From an uncultured Pseudomonadota bacterium (lineage in GTDB: Bacteria; Oederibacteriota; Muellerivitia; Muellerivitales; Muellerivitaceae): a stretch of DNA of 64,000 nucleotides. Shown here piece by piece: positions 49,274 to 59,710 of this stretch (positions are counted from its first letter, which is position 1; the number at the start of each line of letters is the position of its first letter). The notes under the pieces are model-generated. The model was not told the DNA's origin. It did not search any database and saw only the letters and a list, made by a program, of their open reading frames with translations. A program made the translations under genes and the position numbers. The DNA lies in the NCBI GenBank assembly GCA_963836235.1, contig CAWIIP010000001.1, forward strand, positions 49,191 to 113,190. Direction: 5' to 3'.

Positions 49274-49968
49274 AGTTTTCCGTCACGGTTTTTCCGGGTT
49301 CCAATTGCGATCATGATTGCGAATACGTGATCCGGGATGTCATGGGCCAGAAAGTCGAGATGATCTGGCACAAGGAAACCGACTTAAGGAATCCCGATTG
49401 TGTGGTCGTGCCGGGTGGGTTTTCCTATGGAGATTACCTGCGAACCGGGGCCATCGCCCGGTTTTCCCCGGTGATGAAATCCGTAGCCGATTTCGCCGCC
49501 AAAGGCGGGCTTGTGATCGGTATCTGCAACGGCTTCCAGATACTCTGCGAAGCAGGGCTTTTACCAGGAGCCCTTATCCGTAATAAGACCCTTCAATTTA
49601 TCTGCAAAAATCTCTATATCAAGGTCGAACAGACCGACACGCCTTTCACGAATGCCTGCAAACCGGGGCAGGTCTTGAAAATTCCTATCGCCCATGGCGA
49701 AGGAAACTACTTTATTGATTCGGAAGGTCTTAAGAAGCTTGAGATGAATCGCCAGATCGTTGTTCGCTATTGTGACGCGCAAGGGAAGTTGACCGCCGAA
49801 GCTAATCCCAATGGCTCATTGGAGAATATCGCCGGGATTTGTAACATTGAACGCAATGTTTTTGGGCTAATGCCCCATCCTGATCGTTCCGGCGAGGATA
49901 TTTTGGGCAGCCATGACGGGCAATTTATCTGGAAATCTATTTTGGCCGCCAAGGTAGGCGCATTATGA
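49270..49968 (+). CDS. purQ: Phosphoribosylformylglycinamidine synthase subunit PurQ (glutaminase)
   Basis: Class I glutamine amidotransferase with catalytic Cys (…GICNGFQIL…) and His/Glu (…MPHPDRS…); overlaps purS stop. Confidence 0.88.
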   Translation: MKFSVTVFPGSNCDHDCEYVIRDVMGQKVEMIWHKETDLRNPDCVVVPGGFSYGDYLRTGAIARFSPVMKSVADFAAKGGLVIGICNGFQILCEAGLLPGALIRNKTLQFICKNLYIKVEQTDTPFTNACKPGQVLKIPIAHGEGNYFIDSEGLKKLEMNRQIVVRYCDAQGKLTAEANPNGSLENIAGICNIERNVFGLMPHPDRSGEDILGSHDGQFIWKSILAAKVGAL

Positions 49969-51656
49969 GTTCCTCGATCATGGAAGTCGAAATCACCCCC
50001 CAAATTATCAAGGAACATGGCCTCAAACCTGATGAATACGACCGGATTTGCAAGATTCTGAGCCGCAAGCCTAATATCACCGAATTGGGGCTTTATTCGG
50101 TCATGTGGAGCGAGCATTGCGGTTACAAGCATTCCAGGGCCCTTTTGAAAACCCTGCCGACTAAGGGGCCTAAGGTTCTACAGGGGCCCGGCGAAAATGC
50201 CGGCATCGTGGATATTGGCGAAGGTTGGGCGGTTGCTTTTAAGGTGGAATCCCACAACCACCCCTCGGCGATTGAACCTTATCAAGGGGCCGCCACGGGA
50301 GTGGGCGGCATTCTTCGGGATATCTTTACCATGGGCGCCCGGCCCATCGCTTCCTTGAATTCATTGCGGTTTGGTTCTCTCGCGGACCCCAAGGTTAAGA
50401 GGCTTTTTACGGGCGTTGTCAGGGGAATCGCGGACTATGGCAATTGCATGGGTATTCCGACAGTGGCCGGAGAAGTGGTTTTCGATGAAAGCTACTCAGA
50501 GAATTGTCTGGTCAACGCCATGTCGGTCGGATTGGTAAGGCACGAACATATCATCAAAGGGAAAGCCACCGGGGTGGGGAATCCGGTCATCTATATCGGG
50601 GCGACCACGGGGCGGGATGGAATTCATGGCGCAACTTTCGCCTCTACCGAAATAAGCGACGAATCCACCGAAAAGCGGAGCGCAGTCCAGGTCGCTGATC
50701 CCTTTATGGAAAAGCTACTGATGGAAGCCACGTTGGAACTCATCCATAGCGATCTTTTGGTGGGAATTCAGGACATGGGGGCGGCCGGTCTCACCTGTTC
50801 CACCTGTGAAATGGCGAGCCGAGGTGGGGCCGGAATCGAAATCGACGTGGCTAAGGTTCCCAAGCGTGAAAAGGGAATGACGCCTTATGAAATCCTGCTT
50901 TCCGAATCCCAGGAGCGCATGTTGCTCGTGGCAAAGCCGGGTTGTGAACAAAAAGTCCATGATATCTTGGCCAAGTGGGACTTACACGCGGCCACAATTG
51001 GGGTTGTGACGGATACGGGCCGCATGGTGGTGAAGGAAAACGGCAAGGTCGTGGCGGACGTTCCTGCTGATTCCTTGACCGAAGCGCCCGTCTATCATCC
51101 GGCCAAGAGCGAACCGGCGATCTTGAAAAAGCATCGTGAATTCGACGAGTCAAGCGTCCCCACTTCAAAGAATCTGCAGGATGTCCTTGAAAAATTACTT
51201 TCGGATCCAACCATCGCCAGCAAAAGATGGGTTTACCAGCAATACGACCATATGGTCCGTTCCAATTCGCTAGTGCGGCCCGGGTCGGACGCGGCGGTTA
51301 TCCGGGTGAAAGGGACATCATTGGGATTGGCGATGACTATTGACGGATTGGGTTCCTATTGCGCTCTGGACCCTTATGAAGGGGCGAAGATCGTAGTGGC
51401 GGAAGCCGCCCGTAATATCGCCTGTTCCGGGGCCGAACCAATTGGCATGACCGACTGTCTGAATTTTGGAAGCCCTGAAAAACCTGAAGTTTACTACTAT
51501 TTTGACCGTGTCATCGCGGGGTTAGGCGACGCCTGCAGGGCATTTAATATTCCCATCACTGGTGGAAATGTCTCTCTTTACAACGAAAATCCATCGGGTG
51601 CCATTGATCCAACTCCCATCGTTGGGATGATGGGACTTTTTTCCAATGTCGGATAA
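49965..51656 (+). CDS. purL: Phosphoribosylformylglycinamidine synthase subunit PurL - N-terminal 563 codons; reading frame breaks at 51637-51656
   Basis: Clear PurL (FGAM synthase II) sequence; ORF stops prematurely after …[12 protein letters not shown]; PurL continues in the +1 frame from 51646. Confidence 0.85.
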   Translation: MSSSIMEVEITPQIIKEHGLKPDEYDRICKILSRKPNITELGLYSVMWSEHCGYKHSRALLKTLPTKGPKVLQGPGENAGIVDIGEGWAVAFKVESHNHPSAIEPYQGAATGVGGILRDIFTMGARPIASLNSLRFGSLADPKVKRLFTGVVRGIADYGNCMGIPTVAGEVVFDESYSENCLVNAMSVGLVRHEHIIKGKATGVGNPVIYIGATTGRDGIHGATFASTEISDESTEKRSAVQVADPFMEKLLMEATLELIHSDLLVGIQDMGAAGLTCSTCEMASRGGAGIEIDVAKVPKREKGMTPYEILLSESQERMLLVAKPGCEQKVHDILAKWDLHAATIGVVTDTGRMVVKENGKVVADVPADSLTEAPVYHPAKSEPAILKKHREFDESSVPTSKNLQDVLEKLLSDPTIASKRWVYQQYDHMVRSNSLVRPGSDAAVIRVKGTSLGLAMTIDGLGSYCALDPYEGAKIVVAEAARNIACSGAEPIGMTDCLNFGSPEKPEVYYYFDRVIAGLGDACRAFNIPITGGNVSLYNENPSGAIDPTPIVGMMGLFSNVG

Positions 51657-52195
51657 AGCCGTGACCCAATGGTTTAAAGAAGAGGGTGATTTTGTTTATT
51701 TGTTAGGAAATATTGGGGATTCCATTGGTGGAAGCCGCTATTTACAGCTCATCCATGGAAAAAAGACTGGGGCTTGTCCTAAATTAGATTTAGAGGTCGA
51801 GTTGAAATTGCATCAAGCCCTGAAGGTTATGGCCGATGAAAAGCTTCTTCAAAGCGCCCACGATTGCTCCGATGGGGGTTTTGCTGTGGCTTTAGCTGAA
51901 TGCTGTGTGACGGGCTTAACCCATGAGGCGAAAACCCAGGGGGCCAAAGCTACTTTGCCGGGTACGGGACGGTTGGATGGCCGCCTTTTTGGGGAAGCTC
52001 AATCGAGAGCGATTGTTTCTTGTAAACCCGACTCTGGGGCCTCAAGTTGAAGCTCAGGCCCGGAAATTAGGCGTACCTTGCGTCAAAATCGGTCAAGTCG
52101 GCGGGGATTCTTTGGTGATTGAAAATGTAATCAAGGCACCCGTCAACCTATTGGCGGATTTGTTTTTCACTAGCATTGAAAAGATGATGGCCTAG
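51646..52195 (+). pseudogene. purL: purL C-terminal remainder split over two further frames (frameshifted gene or sequence indels)
   Basis: 51646-52050 encodes PurL-like …[31 protein letters not shown]…SAHDCSDGGFAVALAE…; a second +1 shift near the G-run at 52035-52038 leads into …PQVEAQARKLGVPCVKIGQVGGDSLVIE… (51923-52195). Removing one T from the T6 run (51637-51642) and one G from the G4 run restores a single ORF of about 740 aa. Confidence 0.7.
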
Positions 52196-52214
52196 CCATT
52201 TAAAGGAGCCACCT

Positions 52215-53516
52215 GTGTCTCAGATGTTAGAGGATGATAAGCCCCACGATCAGTGCGGTGTTTTCGGCGTCTTCGGTCATCCCGAGGCGGCTAAGATCAC
52301 CTATTTAGGTTTGCATTCACTCCAGCATCGGGGCCAAGAATCCGCGGGTATTTGCACGATGGATGAGGGACGCCTTTATAACCACAAGCGGATGGGTTTG
52401 GTCGCGGACATTTTTGACGAGACTGCGTTTAAAGAATTACCTGGGAAGACGGCTATCGGCCATGTGCGATATTCCACCACTGGGTCCAGCCAATTGAGAA
52501 ACGCCCAGCCCATCGCCGTTGAGTACGCACGGGGCAGTATCGCCATCGCCCACAACGGAAACCTGGTCAACGCTCGCCGCATCCGAGACGAATTGGAAGC
52601 CCGAGGTTCCATTTTTGTTTCCACCGTTGATTCAGAAGTCATCGTGCATCTTTTGGCCCGTTCTACCAACCACACCTTGATCGAGGGAGTCATCGAGTCC
52701 TTAAAGCAAGTGAGGGGAGCCTATTCGCTTCTCATCTTGTCCGATGACGGCATGTTGGGTATGCGGGATCCCCATGGTTTCCGGCCTCTTTGTCTGGGCA
52801 AGCTGGGGGATTCCTATGTTTTGGCCAGCGAGACCTGTGCATTTGATATTGTCGACGCCAAATACATCCGTGATGTGGAACCGGGGGAAATCGTTCTTAT
52901 CAATGAGAATGGCTTGGTTTCCATTAAGCCATTCGAGAAAATCCAGTCGGCCATGTGTATTTTCGAATTTATCTATTTTGCTAGACCTGATTCCCGTATT
53001 TACGATACCAGCGTGCAAAAAGTAAGAAAGCGGCTGGGAGCCATTTTGGCGCAGGAAGCTTATGTCGAAGCTGACGTGGTTGTTCCGGTCCCCGATTCTT
53101 CCAACATGGCGGCTACAGGTTACGCGGAAGAAGCCAAAATTCCCTATGAAATGGGGCTCATCCGCAACCATTACATCGGACGAACCTTCATCGAGCCGGA
53201 TCAAGCCATCCGTGACTTCGGTGCCCGTTTAAAATACAACCCGGTTCGGGAGGCCATGGAAGGAAAGCGAGTCATCCTCATCGACGATTCCATCGTCCGG
53301 GGAACAACAATGCGTAAGATCGTCAAAATGATCCGAAATGTTGGGGCCAAAGAGGTGCATCTTGCGCATCACCTCGCCGCCCATTATTTCACCTTGTTTT
53401 TACGGAATGGACTTTCCAAGCCGGAAGGAGCTTATCGCGGCCACCCACAGCCTGGAAGAGATCAAAACCTATCTTACGGGTCGACAGTCTTTCTTATTTA
53501 TCAGTGGATGGAATGA
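52215..53516 (+). CDS. purF: Amidophosphoribosyltransferase PurF - frame correct to about 53363, then disrupted
   Basis: GTG start with SD AAGGAG; propeptide then catalytic Cys in …DQCGVFGVFG…; PRPP-binding region …VILIDDSIVRGTT…. After …GAKEVHL the authentic PurF sequence continues in the +1 frame. Confidence 0.85.
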   Translation: MSQMLEDDKPHDQCGVFGVFGHPEAAKITYLGLHSLQHRGQESAGICTMDEGRLYNHKRMGLVADIFDETAFKELPGKTAIGHVRYSTTGSSQLRNAQPIAVEYARGSIAIAHNGNLVNARRIRDELEARGSIFVSTVDSEVIVHLLARSTNHTLIEGVIESLKQVRGAYSLLILSDDGMLGMRDPHGFRPLCLGKLGDSYVLASETCAFDIVDAKYIRDVEPGEIVLINENGLVSIKPFEKIQSAMCIFEFIYFARPDSRIYDTSVQKVRKRLGAILAQEAYVEADVVVPVPDSSNMAATGYAEEAKIPYEMGLIRNHYIGRTFIEPDQAIRDFGARLKYNPVREAMEGKRVILIDDSIVRGTTMRKIVKMIRNVGAKEVHLAHHLAAHYFTLFLRNGLSKPEGAYRGHPQPGRDQNLSYGSTVFLIYQWME

Positions 53517-53632
53517 TGAAAGCCGTTGAAGGAACCCCTCAGGGTCATTGTGCGGCCTGCTTTACGGCTAAGTATCCGGTTCCTTTTGATGAGGAGACAG
53601 AAAAGTACAGTCTCGAAGTCTCCAAGTGTTGA
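53338..53632 (+). pseudogene. purF: purF C-terminal remainder in two further frames (two +1 frame breaks)
   Basis: +1 frame from about 53365 reads RITSPPIISPCFYGMDFPSRKELIAATHSLEEIKTYL (PurF Fe-S cluster region); a second +1 shift near 53470 reads …VDSLSYLSVDGMMKAVEGTPQGHCAACFTAKYPV… to stop at 53630-53632. Confidence 0.7.
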
Positions 53633-53698
53633 AGAACGGTAGTTTTTAACAATAGTTTTCCGGAAGAAACTACCCGGTTACGGCCTTTTTCCTTGGCT

Positions 53699-54919
53699 TC
53701 ATATAGTGAATGGTCGGCTCGTTTGATAACCTCTTCCGGAGTTTTCCGGGCCTTTTCCGGCAAAAGCTACTCCCGCGCTAAAGGTGATGTTTACCTTTTT
53801 GCCCCTATGCTTTTCCTTTTTAAACGGCAGGCTCATTCCTTCGTAGTTCGAGCTTCGTTTGCTGCGCAAGGTAAACTTCCGTTTTTCCATCGTTGCACGG
53901 GCCTTTTCCATCATCTCGACGGCTGATTCCTGGGTGGGGCCTTCGAAAATCACGCAAAATTCTTCACCTCCATAGCGATAAACCCGATCACCGAGGTGTT
54001 CTTGCAGATGTTGGGCAACCATTCTGAGCACATTATCACCCTCGGCATGTCCATAGGTATCATTGAACTTCTTAAAATGGTCGATATCGACCATGGCGAG
54101 GGCGTAATGGCCTGAAAGGGTATGAAGGCGCTCATCCATGGCCTGCCGGTTGGAAACAGCGGTAAGGGGGTCCAAATAAACCTTCTGCACGTACATCCGA
54201 AACAGGGCAAAAAGCAGGATACCGTCATGGTGGCAAAGGCGATAATGATGTGGGAAACCAGGGATATCCTGGTGGTCGAGTTGCCATTGATGAGGTTGGC
54301 CTGGATACAAAAGAGGAAGGGAACAAAAGTGGTCATAAGAGCAATCAGGAAGGGTTTGATTTTGAGATCCGGTAGATAAGTAACGACCAAAAGGAATAAG
54401 CCGGTAGCGACCCAGGAAAACTTAGGAAGGGATGTTAATTGGGTAGGAACGGCCTGTCCCCAGAAGAAAAGCTTCTGGTAGATATCCGGGGCCCAACTGA
54501 AAAGGCAGATGAAAAGCAGAAGGGGGAAGAGAGCCAAGAGGAACCGGGCCAGGCTGAGATCGCTCCAAAGACGGCTTTCCTTTAAGAGGTAGATGACGCA
54601 GAGCGCCAGGGGATAGGCCACACTGACAATCTGAAGGGTTTGAGGCCCAGCCCGTGGCCGTGACGGTAAAGGTATCAGGATGAAGGAGATAATAGTAAAA
54701 AGCCAAGAGAAGTATGGTGGACCAAAAGATACGGGTTTGGTTGATTTGCCAGCCCAGGATAGCAATCACGGTGAGGCCCACATAGGGAGCGAAAATGAGG
54801 AAGTCGGTAATGGCCCGATGTGAAACTATTTCAGGACTTAGTGGGGGAAGAAAATAGAAAAAAAGGGGAATGAAACAAACTAAAAGATAGATACCGGCCC
54901 ATTTGGCTTTTTCGGACAC
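53699..54919 (-). pseudogene. Membrane-anchored diguanylate cyclase (multi-TM N-domain + GGDEF), reading frame split into three overlapping frames
   Basis: 54919-54422 and 54765-53950 encode consecutive hydrophobic TM segments in two frames; 54310-53699 encodes a GGDEF domain (…DPLTAVSNRQAMDE…, …RYGGEEFCVIFEG…). Either an authentic pseudogene or two indels in the sequence. Confidence 0.6.
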
Positions 54920-55069
54920 GTTTGATCCTTAAAGGGAATTGAAAGAAGAATGGCTTAATTTAATGGTCCTTGGGTTATTTGTAAATGAAAGTCGGTCGAA
55001 CGAAAGAGGGTGTTGGGAAGCTTTTCGAGGGTATATTGGACGGATGTAATCCTAATCATTTTGTAATGG

Positions 55070-55558
55070 ATGGTTTTCTCGATGGGGTTGTTTAATTTTT
55101 TCTCTAAGCGAAAAATTTATGAAAATGCCAATCTTGAAAAAGTAATGATGGAAATGTCGCTTCGTCCGGTCATGAAAACAAGGCGAGTTTTATACGCGGA
55201 ATTATTGAAAAGCACTCTACTTCTTCCCACTCCCAGTCCATTGGAATCTTCTACATTCGAAACATCTTTAAAAGAGATTCAACTGGTGACCCAGCCTGGG
55301 CCCAAGAATGAGTTGGTTTGGATTGCCTTTACCAGTAAGGAGGCCCTTCGACAGTGGCGGCCTCAATTTGAGGATGCTTATGTAGCCATCCAAGGAACCC
55401 TTTTATTCGCGTTGGCGGTCCAAAACCGAGTGGAAAATATCTTGATCAATCTTGCGGGACCAGTGAGTGGGAAAATCACTGGAATGGAATTGCAAATGCT
55501 TGCGGAAGGGATTTTGCCGAGGGATGAGGACGGCAATACCAAAAACACTAAAGCCTAG
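55070..55558 (+). CDS. Hypothetical protein, SseB-like
   Basis: 162-aa soluble protein; pattern (…LLLPTPSP…ELVWIAFTSKEALRQW…) resembles the SseB N-terminal domain family; low confidence, from memory of the family only. Confidence 0.35.
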   Translation: MVFSMGLFNFFSKRKIYENANLEKVMMEMSLRPVMKTRRVLYAELLKSTLLLPTPSPLESSTFETSLKEIQLVTQPGPKNELVWIAFTSKEALRQWRPQFEDAYVAIQGTLLFALAVQNRVENILINLAGPVSGKITGMELQMLAEGILPRDEDGNTKNTKA

Positions 55559-55589
55559 GTTTTGTTGACTGGAAGCCGGTGGTTAAGGC

Positions 55590-56054
55590 TTAAGGAATGT
55601 AGACGACACCCGTCATGCCCGTGCAAGCGGCACTACAAACGCTGGTCCCGCAAGTTGGAGAATGAATACTACAGTGATAATGGTAGGTGCCGGCAGTTCC
55701 AAAAGGAACGGTTACGACAATTGAGCTGGACGCTGGAACCGTAATGCCTCCAGGAATACAAGTTCCCGTTCCGGCACCATTGTCGACATAAATTATATGC
55801 GAACTAAAACCAGTCGTATCCACGAAGGTAATGGAGCCGCCAGGCGCAATAGTAACGGCAGCGGGGTTAAAAGTATAAGTAGTGGTTCCGATCAGAGTGA
55901 CGCTTGTTGTTAGGGATGGAGTGGGTGTAGCAGGCCCGTATTGAACAGGATATTGAGGGCCGACCGTCGGGCAACCTAAAGAAAAAAGCGACATCATCGC
56001 GCATCCCGTGCAAAAAGCTAAAATAGATAGGCGTTTCATAATCACCTCACTCAA
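55590..56054 (-). CDS. Secreted/lipoprotein cupredoxin-like (type 1 copper) domain protein
   Basis: Signal peptide with Cys near cleavage region (…LFSLGC…); cupredoxin-like C-terminal ligand pattern …GTYHYHCSIHSP…GM…; Thr/Gly-rich beta-sandwich-like body. Confidence 0.4.
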   Translation of the reverse strand: MSEVIMKRLSILAFCTGCAMMSLFSLGCPTVGPQYPVQYGPATPTPSLTTSVTLIGTTTYTFNPAAVTIAPGGSITFVDTTGFSSHIIYVDNGAGTGTCIPGGITVPASSSIVVTVPFGTAGTYHYHCSIHSPTCGTSVCSAACTGMTGVVYIP

Positions 56055-56528
56055 GATAATGAATAATGGATTATCTTACTAAACCCTGGAAGGTTCAAGG
56101 AAGCCGTGAAAAAACTCACACATACGGCTGTTTTTATTTAATGTCTTAACTCAGTGCATTTTAACACCTTTGAAAATATCCAAACTTAGTTCTCGTGGTT
56201 CATTTGCGGTTGTTTTTATGGATGGAGAATGGTTTTAAAATCCCCTTAATTGAGTTGTCCTGTCAAAAGGAGGGGGCGTGTTGAAGTTTTTCCAAGTGTC
56301 TAATATGGGATAATTATTTTGGAAAATAGTATTAGATAAAAAAGTTTCAAAATTCCCGTTTTAAACATACAAAAAAATTCCTCGCAATTTGACCGCTTTG
56401 TTTGACCTGGCTTTGGTTTTACCGCTTGTTCTCCGATAACGTAGCCCTTACGATAGGGCCGAAATCGGTTATTTTCCCGCTTTGAATTTGAAATTGATTC
56501 ACTAAGTCTGCGCTATAAGGAGATTTTC

Positions 56529-57569
56529 TTGAAATCCACTAAATCCGTTACTTATAAATCCGCCGGTGTGAATATTGACGCGGGCAATGAAACTGTCAAC
56601 CGCATCAAAAAACAAGTCGCTTCAACATTCAATGAAAATGTCCTTTCCGATATCGGCCTTTTTGGCGGGTTGTTCGAATTCAAAGCCAAAAAGTACAAAA
56701 AACCGGTGTTTGTTTCTTCTACTGACGGGGTGGGAACCAAAATTCAAATCGGCGTTGCCATGAGGAGATACAAGGGTCTGGGGCGGGACATCGTGGGCCA
56801 TTCCATCAATGACATACTCGTGCAGGGAGCTAAACCCCTCTTTTTTCTTGATTACCTTGCGGCTGGAAAATTGGATCCAGCGGTGGTCGAAGAGATTGTT
56901 TCTGGAATGGCGGAAGAATGCCGGAAAGCAGGAGTTGCCCTTATTGGAGGGGAAACCGCTGAAATGCCCTCAGTTTACCGGGAAGGGGATTATGACATTG
57001 CGGGAACCATTGTTGGGGTGGTGGAAAAGAAAAAAATTATTCGGGGGGAAGAGGTGGAACCGGGAGACGTTTGCATCGGATTGCCATCTGTTTCCCTTCA
57101 CACCAACGGTTATTCCCTAGCCCGCAAAATTGTCTTGGACGTGGCGGGATTGAAGTACACCGACCGCGTACCTGAATTGAACGGAGTGATTGGAGACATC
57201 CTACTAACGCCCCATAAATCATATTTCCATGAAATCTACCCGATATTAGATGAAGTGAATATTAAGGCGATGGCCCACATTACGGGTGGAGGATTGATTG
57301 ATAACCCGCCGCGCGTGCTTCCGGAAGGTTGCCGTATCCGGTTTAAAGAAGGGTCCTGGAAGGTTTTGCCAATCATGGACTGGCTTGTTAAAAACGGAAA
57401 TGTTCCCAAGGAAGATGCCTACAGAACTTTCAATATGGGGTTAGGTATGGTGTTAATTGTGAGCCCAAAGAAGGTGGAAAAGGCTTTGAAAAAGCTCCGT
57501 AAGAATGGCGCTAATCCCGTGGTTGTCGGAGAGGTCATTGAGGGGAAAAAAGGCGTGGAATTCGTCTGA
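56529..57569 (+). CDS. purM: Phosphoribosylformylglycinamidine cyclo-ligase (AIR synthase)
   Basis: TTG start with SD AAGGAG; PurM N-terminus …YKSAGVNIDAGNE… and AIRS/AIRS_C domain pattern (…GVGTKIQI…); 346 aa. Confidence 0.88.
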   Translation: MKSTKSVTYKSAGVNIDAGNETVNRIKKQVASTFNENVLSDIGLFGGLFEFKAKKYKKPVFVSSTDGVGTKIQIGVAMRRYKGLGRDIVGHSINDILVQGAKPLFFLDYLAAGKLDPAVVEEIVSGMAEECRKAGVALIGGETAEMPSVYREGDYDIAGTIVGVVEKKKIIRGEEVEPGDVCIGLPSVSLHTNGYSLARKIVLDVAGLKYTDRVPELNGVIGDILLTPHKSYFHEIYPILDEVNIKAMAHITGGGLIDNPPRVLPEGCRIRFKEGSWKVLPIMDWLVKNGNVPKEDAYRTFNMGLGMVLIVSPKKVEKALKKLRKNGANPVVVGEVIEGKKGVEFV

Positions 57570-57647
57570 CTTCTATTCAATTTGGTGTGCCACAAGTCTT
57601 TAGCCTTTTTGAAAAGTCCGTGATCCGGTTCTCACCTGTGGAACTTT

Positions 57648-59687
57648 ATGGATGAAATAAAAAAAAGTTCGAATGGAATGCATGGGTGGATTTTGGCCTT
57701 GGAGCGGGCACCTCAGTTCCTTGCGGTTCTGCTAATTTTTATCCTGCCTTTCTTGACTCAATGGCAAGGTACCGACAAGCTTTTTCCAAAGTGGGCTATT
57801 ACCCAACTCCTGATATTACTCATGCTCAGCACCTGGGTCATCAAGGTGGCTATAACCGGGAAATTAACTTGGGTCTATTCCCGGGCTCATCTGATTTTGT
57901 TGATTCTGATGATTTGGATTGTCCTGACTTGTTTTCTTTCCCCCTATCCCCAAGCCGGTCTTTTAGCCATGCGGGACGATGTGGTTTATCCCCTTTGGTA
58001 CCTGCTATTGACCTTTACCTGTATCGAGCTTTGGCAGGCTGAAAACCTTTTAATCGTGTTACTTATTTCAGGGCTTGCGACGTGTCTTTGGGCTATAAGC
58101 CAGGCTCTGGGTCTGGGGACCGGGCCTTGGGAAACGCTAGTTAAAACTCAGTTTAGCGGAAGAGTCATCGCGGGGATGGGGAATCCGGACTTTCTGGCCG
58201 GCTATTTACTCATGATTTGGCCCCCGGTCCTTGCCCTCTTATTTCGGGCTGGGATGAAGTTTTCCAGGATTTTTTGGAGTTTTTTATTAATGGTCTGTCT
58301 TTTTGCCCTTTTATTCACGGGCAGTCAAACAGGATATTTGGGTTTTTTTGCGGGTGTATTGGTTTTTTCTTTTTTTAGTTTTAAAGACCAGGTGAAGGGT
58401 GCCTTCCCTTGGTTATTGGTCCTTTTGGGTTTTCTGACACTTTCTTTTTTCCTACCGCCTATGTCGGGACGGCTTCAGGAACTACTGAGTAAGAAAAGCG
58501 AAGTTTTCCCATTTCAAGAACAAGTTTGGTCGGGAACTTTGGACATGGTGAAGAAAAGTCCTATTTTCGGCGTTGGATACGGAGCCTTTGCGTCGGTTTT
58601 TCCCGCGCACCGGCCTGCTTGGCTGGGGCTTCACCAGGTTGAGAAAACGGATGGCGGAAATCATGCCTACAATTGGGTCTTGGAATGGACTGCCGAGACG
58701 GGTGTGGTTGGGTTATTGCTGTTGCTAGCTTTCTGGTTTTATGTTCTTGCCCAATGGTGGAGACTTTACAACGCCAATGCCATTCCCAAGGTTTTGGCGA
58801 TAGGTTTCTTCGCGGTAGTTTCGGGAGTGGCTGTTGATAACCTTTTTGAAGCGAACAGTTCTGAACCTTTCATCCTGATGCCGTTACTTTTCCTGGCGGC
58901 TTTCCCGGTTGCGCTTTCCCAAAGGTTTTATCGAATAGAAGGTTTCCCGGTCCGACTCAAAGAATTGAACCTTTCGAAATTCAAAGCCTTTCTTTTACCA
59001 TTGGCGGTTGTAATTATCTTTTTGGCGTTTTTTCAAATTGTGGATGTTTTTAAGCGCCAGGAAGCGGATATCCTTTGTGAAAAGGCGGCAGTTTCAACCC
59101 AATTAGGAAAATGGGATGAAGCTCTTGAGCTCTATACCCAGGCTTTAAAATTGGATCCATCGAACTTTGAAACCCGCTATTTACAGGGTTCGGTCTATCT
59201 GGACCGGGACAAAGAAGGAGACTTGGAGGCCGCATTGGCGGATTTTAACACCTTAGATCCGGTGGCTCCGGACTACCAGCTTATTCATTTCAAAAAATAT
59301 GAGGTTTTGAATTCCTTGAAACGAGAGGAAGAAGCCAAAACCGAATTAAAACGCGCCGTTCGTTTGGACTCGACGCTGATTTATCTCTTGGATGATTTCA
59401 AAAAGGCGAGACAACTCACCGCGAGCGACCATCTTTCCGAAGCATTAGTCGTTTATCAAGGGTTGATTTTAGATTATCCTACCTGCGTTCCGATGTTGAT
59501 TGACTACGCCAACTGCCTCGCCTTATCCCAAGATTACGAGTCGGCTATCAATCTTTATCGAAGCGTATTAGTCTTGGATCCTGGAAACGTTAAAGCCTCC
59601 GACGACCTTCAGAAGGTGCAAGAGATTACGCTGAGAGCCCAAGAGTTGAATCGTCCCAAAGCAAATGTTCTGGGAAGCGAATTGTAA
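57648..59687 (+). CDS. O-antigen ligase/polymerase-like polytopic membrane protein with C-terminal TPR repeats
   Basis: About 10 predicted TM helices with Wzy_C-like segment (…LLFTGSQTGYLGFFAG…); C-terminal about 200 aa soluble TPR-like repeats (…ALELYTQALKLDPSNFETRYLQGSVY…). Confidence 0.55.
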   Translation: MDEIKKSSNGMHGWILALERAPQFLAVLLIFILPFLTQWQGTDKLFPKWAITQLLILLMLSTWVIKVAITGKLTWVYSRAHLILLILMIWIVLTCFLSPYPQAGLLAMRDDVVYPLWYLLLTFTCIELWQAENLLIVLLISGLATCLWAISQALGLGTGPWETLVKTQFSGRVIAGMGNPDFLAGYLLMIWPPVLALLFRAGMKFSRIFWSFLLMVCLFALLFTGSQTGYLGFFAGVLVFSFFSFKDQVKGAFPWLLVLLGFLTLSFFLPPMSGRLQELLSKKSEVFPFQEQVWSGTLDMVKKSPIFGVGYGAFASVFPAHRPAWLGLHQVEKTDGGNHAYNWVLEWTAETGVVGLLLLLAFWFYVLAQWWRLYNANAIPKVLAIGFFAVVSGVAVDNLFEANSSEPFILMPLLFLAAFPVALSQRFYRIEGFPVRLKELNLSKFKAFLLPLAVVIIFLAFFQIVDVFKRQEADILCEKAAVSTQLGKWDEALELYTQALKLDPSNFETRYLQGSVYLDRDKEGDLEAALADFNTLDPVAPDYQLIHFKKYEVLNSLKREEEAKTELKRAVRLDSTLIYLLDDFKKARQLTASDHLSEALVVYQGLILDYPTCVPMLIDYANCLALSQDYESAINLYRSVLVLDPGNVKASDDLQKVQEITLRAQELNRPKANVLGSEL

Positions 59688-59710
59688 GGTAAAAGTTCAG
59701 GAGCTTTTTT

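Noticed and set aside
56055-56528. Possible purine or ZTP riboswitch in the AT-rich leader upstream of purM
   Set aside because: No recognisable conserved riboswitch core could be found by eye; more likely a plain promoter region. A covariance-model scan would settle it.
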